Source: a virus (Duplodnaviria > Caudoviricetes). From it: 40,670 bases of DNA. This document shows positions 35,959 through 40,670 of the stretch, piece by piece (the first letter of the stretch is position 1; every line of letters begins with the position of its first letter). A program made the translations under genes and the position numbers. The DNA is taken from the IMG/VR virus record IMGVR_UViG_3300011339_000273, positions 1 to 40,670 of that record; one strand, given 5' to 3'. The notes beneath the pieces are model-generated. The model saw only the letters and a program-made list of their open reading frames with translations, did not search any database and was not told where the DNA came from.

Positions 35959-36341
35959 TCATAACAGCAGCGGCAGCGACCTGCCTTGCCCTCAACATCT
36001 ACTTTGAGGGGCGGAGCGAAAGCTATGACGGCCAGAAGCTAATCGCCGAGGTCACCATGGAGCGCGTATATACAGATGGGTTTCCCAAAACTGTCTGCGG
36101 CGTTGTCTGGGAAGATGGTGCGTTTAGCTGGACCCACGATGGCAAGAGCGACCGCCCACGGGACATTGATGCGTGGCTGACAGCGCAGATCATCGCCAAC
36201 GAAACCTTGCTGTACGGGTGCGAGTTTTGCACTGGCGCGACCTACTACCACACCCGCGATGTGCTGCCGTATTGGGCTGACGACATGGTGATGGTGGGAA
36301 TGTACGGCAACCATGTTTTTTATAAGGGGTGTGATGAATGA
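35955..36341 (+). CDS. Cell wall hydrolase (SleB/Hydrolase_2)
   Basis: CLALNIYFEGRSE...GQ...FPKTVCGVV....FSW...GATYYH...GNHVFY. Confidence 0.88.
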   Translation: MIITAAAATCLALNIYFEGRSESYDGQKLIAEVTMERVYTDGFPKTVCGVVWEDGAFSWTHDGKSDRPRDIDAWLTAQIIANETLLYGCEFCTGATYYHTRDVLPYWADDMVMVGMYGNHVFYKGCDE

Positions 36342-36718
36342 CTGAGGATGATAAGTTCCGTATCGAACTCCACAGGTCTGATGTTTACTATGGCGACCCA
36401 CTAGCCGCCGACCGCATCGAGGAGTTGGTGAAGGAGCGGGAACGTTTAGCCCTTGCCATTTGCGGCGGCGAAGATGCGGTGGGGTATGCTAATGCACAAT
36501 CCGTCGAGGCGTTGGAAAAGGTGGCGCGAGACAATGCAGCGATGACAATGTGGCAGATTGATAAAACAATGCAAGCAGAAGCCAAGCTGACCAAGGCGGT
36601 GGCGGGGCTGCGGAAGATTGCGGATTACACACACATTGGCGAATCTGGCCAAGGCGTCAAGCAACACGCTGAAGCACGAATTGCCATCGCCGTGCTGGCT
36701 GAACTGGAGGGCCAGTGA
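36338..36718 (+). CDS. Hypothetical coiled-coil protein
   Basis: ADRIEEL / AEAKLTKAV / AVLAELE modules. Confidence 0.7.
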   Translation: MTEDDKFRIELHRSDVYYGDPLAADRIEELVKERERLALAICGGEDAVGYANAQSVEALEKVARDNAAMTMWQIDKTMQAEAKLTKAVAGLRKIADYTHIGESGQGVKQHAEARIAIAVLAELEGQ

Positions 36719-37173
36719 TGGGTGACGATATGACTGACCAAGAACAGAAAAAGCAGTTGCAGATTGATGCAGGTATTCCGCACTTGCCAACAGACCTGAC
36801 CTATCAATGCCGCATTGCAATAGCTGGCGAAGGTGAGCGTGGTTGGGAATGGCAGGATAAGCCGCACCGTTTAGTCTATGACCTATGCCGTCAAGTAGAG
36901 GCTGATGCCGACCGCATCGAAGAGTTGATAGAGGAAAACAAGGAACTGACGCTGCAACTGCTTGCGGTTCATGGTCAGGCCGCAGATGCACTGGACAAGG
37001 CCGTGGTCGCAGAAGCCAAGCTGGCCAAGGCGGTGGAGGCGCTGCGGGTAGCTCTTGAAGGGTTGAATTGGGCCAAAGCCTATTTGTCAACGAGTGGCAT
37101 TGATAGCGTTCCGGTCAATTATGCGGACGCAAAGGTTTACGCCGTGCTGGCTGAACTGGAGGTAAAGGAATGA
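36715..37173 (+). CDS. Hypothetical coiled-coil protein
   Basis: Same modules as previous gene; coupled start. Confidence 0.7.
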   Translation: MMGDDMTDQEQKKQLQIDAGIPHLPTDLTYQCRIAIAGEGERGWEWQDKPHRLVYDLCRQVEADADRIEELIEENKELTLQLLAVHGQAADALDKAVVAEAKLAKAVEALRVALEGLNWAKAYLSTSGIDSVPVNYADAKVYAVLAELEVKE

Positions 37174-37358
37174 GCGAGGTCCGACGTAAACCTATCGAAT
37201 TTGAATTCGATGATGGCATCACTTACATCAGCTTTGACGACGATCACACCATCCGCGACATCATACGATATCTGCTGTCCACAGGCGTGGAGGCAAGCGA
37301 ACTGATCGACCACATAAACGATCCGACTTTGCTGGCTGAACTGGAGCGGAAAGAATGA
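37170..37358 (+). CDS. Small hypothetical protein
   Basis: ATGA coupling; ends LLAELERKE. Confidence 0.65.
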   Translation: MSEVRRKPIEFEFDDGITYISFDDDHTIRDIIRYLLSTGVEASELIDHINDPTLLAELERKE

Positions 37359-37594
37359 ACCATGACATAACAAAAGAAGGGGGCGGTAGCTTTGGGCTTA
37401 CGTTAAATGCAATCGACGTAGGCGACACAATAGTTTATCATGTAGGTGCTTACGCTAAGGGTCCGCACAAGGCCGACGCACTGAAGGCATACGAAGCGGG
37501 CCTGTGCTTTCTCTACCAACGCAAGCTGCCCGATGGGCGGTTTGCTTACACCGCCGCTAAGAAAAAAACCCTTGATGCAAAAAATACCCGCTGA
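37355..37594 (+). CDS. Small hypothetical protein
   Basis: GD.IVYHVG...G...LYQRK.....F.Y motif. Confidence 0.7.
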   Translation: MNHDITKEGGGSFGLTLNAIDVGDTIVYHVGAYAKGPHKADALKAYEAGLCFLYQRKLPDGRFAYTAAKKKTLDAKNTR

Positions 37595-37722
37595 TAGAAA
37601 GATGGTGAGGGGCGTGAAACAATCTAACAAACGGCAACGGATGTCATTTTGTATTGGTCAGAAATCTGACTGCGCTACGGCCTATTTCCCCAATCGCCCC
37701 TCACCAATTCCTATAGAAGTAA

Positions 37723-38151
37723 GTGGCTGATGATTTAAAAAAGCAGCGTTGGAGGGAGGCGTCTAGGCGTTACTTCGAAAAGAACCGCACTCAGATTTTA
37801 GCGCAAAACCGAGAACGTGCAAAGAAAAAAGACGCAGAAGACCCCCTAAGCCGCGAGACAAGAAACTTAAAAAAACGTGCCAATGGGCTAGGCATAACAA
37901 AAGACCAATGGGAGAAGATGTTTGACAGCCAAGGACGCGTATGCGCCATATGCAAGTCCGAAATTTCAGGACATAAAAACGGGTGGCACTTGGATCACTG
38001 CCACAAGACTAAAACGGTGCGCTTCATTTTGTGCACACACTGCAACCGAGGGCTGGGTGGGTTTCGCGATAGCCCCGAACTACTAAGACGCGCAGCAGAT
38101 GCGCTTGAGGCTTTCAATAAGAACAGGTTAGACGATGGCAAAGTGGAGTGA
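37723..38151 (+). CDS. Recombination endonuclease VII-like (homing) nuclease
   Basis: Q...CAIC...LDHCHKT..VR..LC..CNRGLG.FRD. Confidence 0.9.
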   Translation: MADDLKKQRWREASRRYFEKNRTQILAQNRERAKKKDAEDPLSRETRNLKKRANGLGITKDQWEKMFDSQGRVCAICKSEISGHKNGWHLDHCHKTKTVRFILCTHCNRGLGGFRDSPELLRRAADALEAFNKNRLDDGKVE

Positions 38152-38155
38152 TACG

Positions 38156-38560
38156 ATGGCTATAGGCGGTGGGATCAGGTTTACCCCCGAAGAACAAGCA
38201 GACGAGTCAATACTGGACGCAGCGTTTGCTAAAGCGAACGAGTACCCCGATGGCAACCCGAAGACGGTCTTTGGTGAGGCAAAGCCGAAACTGAGCGACA
38301 CGCCGACTATTGGTATTCAGCTTATGGGTAAGGTGCACACCAACGGGGCCGCTAAGTATGGGCGCTTTAACTGGCGTGAGCACCAAGTGTCCTCCACTGT
38401 CTATTATGATGCGGCGCTTCGCCACCTGATGGCTTGGTTTAACGGGGAGACTATCGACCCAGAGAGTGGGCTACCTCACCTCGCCCATGTCATGGCTTGC
38501 TGCAACATCCTGCTGGATGCCGAGCAGCACAAGAAGCTGAACGACAACCGCGATAAATAA
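38156..38560 (+). CDS. dATP/dGTP diphosphohydrolase-like protein (DUF5664)
   Basis: GAAKYGRFNWR...YYDAALRHL.AW..GE..DPESGLPHLAH...C..IL. Confidence 0.85.
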   Translation: MAIGGGIRFTPEEQADESILDAAFAKANEYPDGNPKTVFGEAKPKLSDTPTIGIQLMGKVHTNGAAKYGRFNWREHQVSSTVYYDAALRHLMAWFNGETIDPESGLPHLAHVMACCNILLDAEQHKKLNDNRDK

Positions 38561-38582
38561 AAACTTAGTCTGGAGGACTAAA

Positions 38583-40406
38583 ATGGATGTCTACACGCTA
38601 GACTTCGAAACCTATTACGACAAAGACTTTTCCCTGTCCAAGATCACCACGGAAGAATACGTGCGGAGCCCCCTGTTCGAGACTATCGGGCTGGGCATCA
38701 AGAAGAACGATGGTCCGACCTACTGGTTGGAAGGAGAGAAGCGCGTAGCGCATACGCTGTCGCGTATCGACTGGCCTAAGTCTGCTATCCTGTGCCACAA
38801 TACTATGTTTGATGGTGCTATTCTGTCATGGCGTTACGGCGTGAAGCCCAAAGCGTGGTTCGATACCCTGTGCATGGCGCGGGCTATTCATGGCGTAGAG
38901 AAGAGCGCCAGCTTGAAAGCCTTAGCCGAATCCTATGGGGTAGGGGAGAAGGGCAACGAGGTCATCAACGCACTGGGAAAGCGGTTAGTCGATTTCACTG
39001 AGGAAGAATTGGATCGGTACGGCGAGTATTGCCGCAACGATGTGAGCCTGACCTATTACATCTTCAACCAAATGATAAAGAAGTTCCCCACAAAAGAACT
39101 AAAGCTGATCGACCACACGCTGCGTATGTTCATTGACCCAATCCTAGAACTAGACGGCGACTTGCTAGAGATGCACCTGCAGAAAACCAAGCTGATGAAA
39201 GAAGACCTGCTCACTGCGTCAGGCGTGACCAAGGAAGACCTGATGAGCAATGCCAAGCTGGCCGCTGTATTGCAGTCATACGGCGCAGAAGTTCCCATGA
39301 AGATCAGCCCGACAACGGGCAAACTTACCTACGCCATGGCTAAGAACGACGAAGAGTTTAAGGCGCTGGCCGAGCACGAAGACTTCCGCGTACAGGCTGC
39401 GATAGCCGCACGGCTGGGCACTAAGTCCACGCTTGAGGAGACACGTACCCAACGCTTCATCGACATCTCCAAGCGGGGCGCTCTGCCCGTCCCTGTGCGG
39501 TATTACGCTGCCCACACGGGCCGCTGGGGCGGTGACGATAAGATCAACCTCCAGAACCTGCCGAGCCGTGGGCCTAACGCTAAGGTGCTCAAGCGGGCCA
39601 TCATCGCACCAGAGGGCATGACGATTATCGAATCCGACTCCGCGCAGATCGAAGCGCGGGTGCTTGCATGGTTGGCCGAGCAGGACGATCTCGTCGAAGC
39701 CTTCGCCCTAGGTAAAGACGTGTACAAGAAGATGGCCGCGAAGATCTACGGCGTCGATGAGGCTGACGTTACTAAGGAGCAACGCTTCGTAGGAAAGACA
39801 ACTATTCTGGGTGCTGGCTACGGCATGGGGGGCGTCAAGTTCCAAGCCGCTCTATTGACGCAGGGTATGGAGGTGACGCAGGAAGAAGCCAAACGCATCA
39901 TCACGATCTACCGCGACGAGAACGAGCAGATTACTAACCTGTGGAAACGTGCAGGGTATATGCTCCGCGCCTTAGCCAACGGCGAGGTCCAAGAGTTTGG
40001 TCGTGCAGGTGTTCTCAACGTCGATCCCGATGCCCCCGGCGTTATCTTGCCATCTGGTTTGCTGCTTCGTTACGATGGGTTACGCGGCCACCAGAACGCT
40101 GACGGCACCGAGTATACTTACCAAACACGCAAGGGGCCGAACCGCATCTACGGCGGCAAAGTCATAGAAAACGTGTGTCAGGCGATAGCAAGGTGTATCA
40201 TCGGGGACCAGATGTTGCGTATTGCTAAGAAACATCGTGCCGTGCTAACAGTACATGACTCGATTGTCTGCTGTGTTCCCGACGATGAGGTGACCGAGGC
40301 TAGGGCTTGGGTTGAGGAGTCGATGCGTTGGGTTCCAGATTGGGCTAAGGGTCTGCCCGTGAACTGCGAGGCAGGTGTAGGCAAGAATTATGGAGACTGT
40401 GCGTGA
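38583..40406 (+). CDS. polA: DNA polymerase family A with 3'-5' exonuclease
   Basis: LDFETY, HNTMFD, YCRND exo motifs; HTGRW, NLQNLP, DSAQIEAR, KTTILGAGYG, TVHDS. Confidence 0.96.
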   Translation: MDVYTLDFETYYDKDFSLSKITTEEYVRSPLFETIGLGIKKNDGPTYWLEGEKRVAHTLSRIDWPKSAILCHNTMFDGAILSWRYGVKPKAWFDTLCMARAIHGVEKSASLKALAESYGVGEKGNEVINALGKRLVDFTEEELDRYGEYCRNDVSLTYYIFNQMIKKFPTKELKLIDHTLRMFIDPILELDGDLLEMHLQKTKLMKEDLLTASGVTKEDLMSNAKLAAVLQSYGAEVPMKISPTTGKLTYAMAKNDEEFKALAEHEDFRVQAAIAARLGTKSTLEETRTQRFIDISKRGALPVPVRYYAAHTGRWGGDDKINLQNLPSRGPNAKVLKRAIIAPEGMTIIESDSAQIEARVLAWLAEQDDLVEAFALGKDVYKKMAAKIYGVDEADVTKEQRFVGKTTILGAGYGMGGVKFQAALLTQGMEVTQEEAKRIITIYRDENEQITNLWKRAGYMLRALANGEVQEFGRAGVLNVDPDAPGVILPSGLLLRYDGLRGHQNADGTEYTYQTRKGPNRIYGGKVIENVCQAIARCIIGDQMLRIAKKHRAVLTVHDSIVCCVPDDEVTEARAWVEESMRWVPDWAKGLPVNCEAGVGKNYGDCA

Positions 40407-40670
40407 GTGTAGCCCCTTGGTCGTTCAGTAAGCTGAAAGCATTCGAGCAGTGCCCAAAACAGTTCTATCACGAAAAGGTGCTTAAACAGTACCCCGTGCA
40501 GGAGACCGAGGCCATGATGTATGGCACGGCGTTCCACAAGGCGTGTGAGGATTTTATCGGGGGCGCGATACCTGTTCCCGAGAAGTTTGGGTACGTTCGG
40601 GGGCTGCTTGAGATACTGAACGCCAAGGTGGGCGAGCAACGCTGTGAGGATAAGCTTGGCCGTACCGCAG
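40403..40670 (+). CDS. PD-(D/E)XK exonuclease-like protein, partial
   Basis: GTGA overlap, GGAG RBS; WSFSKLKAFEQCPKQFYH...YGTAFHKACEDFI; runs off window. Confidence 0.8.
   Translation, partial: MSVAPWSFSKLKAFEQCPKQFYHEKVLKQYPVQETEAMMYGTAFHKACEDFIGGAIPVPEKFGYVRGLLEILNAKVGEQRCEDKLGRTA

Larger units (their letters stand above)
23505..38581. promoter_or_regulatory. Dispersed 17-bp palindromic operator-like motif TTAGTY-N5-RACTAA (16 exact copies)
   Basis: Starts at 23505, 24666, 24781, 24826, 24993, 25701, 25939, 26299, 26441, 26606, 27769, 28673, 29654, 30781, 33074, 38565. Confidence 0.9.

Noticed and set aside
23505-38581. Palindromes as terminators, CtrA boxes or CRISPR repeats
   Set aside because: AT-rich 6-bp arms with no U-tract; CtrA box is a TTAA-N7-TTAA direct repeat; spacing is irregular and gene-linked, and no cas genes are present
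38985-39001. TTAGTC half-sites at 38985, 31174, 36871, 7877
   Set aside because: No matching right half-site at 5-bp spacing; not counted as motif copies
38583-40406. Intron/intein in polA (also checked terL and capsid)
   Set aside because: ORFs are continuous and of ordinary length with no intein or intron signatures noticed
40403-40670. Terminal nuclease as CRISPR-associated Cas4
   Set aside because: Typical phage replication-module PD-(D/E)XK nuclease context; partial, with no cas operon or array

Overview
Part of a tailed dsDNA phage genome, probably podovirus-like; an alphaproteobacterial host is inferred but not shown. The window has two divergent arms. Minus strand (1-23157) is the late/morphogenesis arm: terminase small and large subunits, an initiator-like tRNA-Met(CAT), portal, GroES, scaffold, major capsid, decoration/adaptor/tail proteins, tail fibres and a lysis cassette, with inserted HNH and GIY-YIG homing endonucleases. 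Plus strand (23620-40670) is the early/replication arm: small hypothetical genes, a Gp88-like Fe-S protein, a DUF3150-like/AAA ATPase/VWA-metallopeptidase triad, VRR-NUC, a SleB-like hydrolase, endonuclease VII, a dATP/dGTP diphosphohydrolase-like protein, family A DNA polymerase and a PD-(D/E)XK nuclease. The strongest unexplained signal is a 17-bp palindrome, TTAGTY-N5-RACTAA. By manual scan it has 16 exact copies plus near-copies, all in 23505-38581. Most lie in gene leaders, and three have the Shine-Dalgarno inside the spacer. Other candidates: a ~650-nt structured non-coding region, an origin-like region with paired IHF consensus sites, two leader pseudoknots, an apparent AUU start codon, an in-frame endolysin-holin fusion and an atypical initiator tRNA. 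Family assignments are by motif recognition only; no database search was run.
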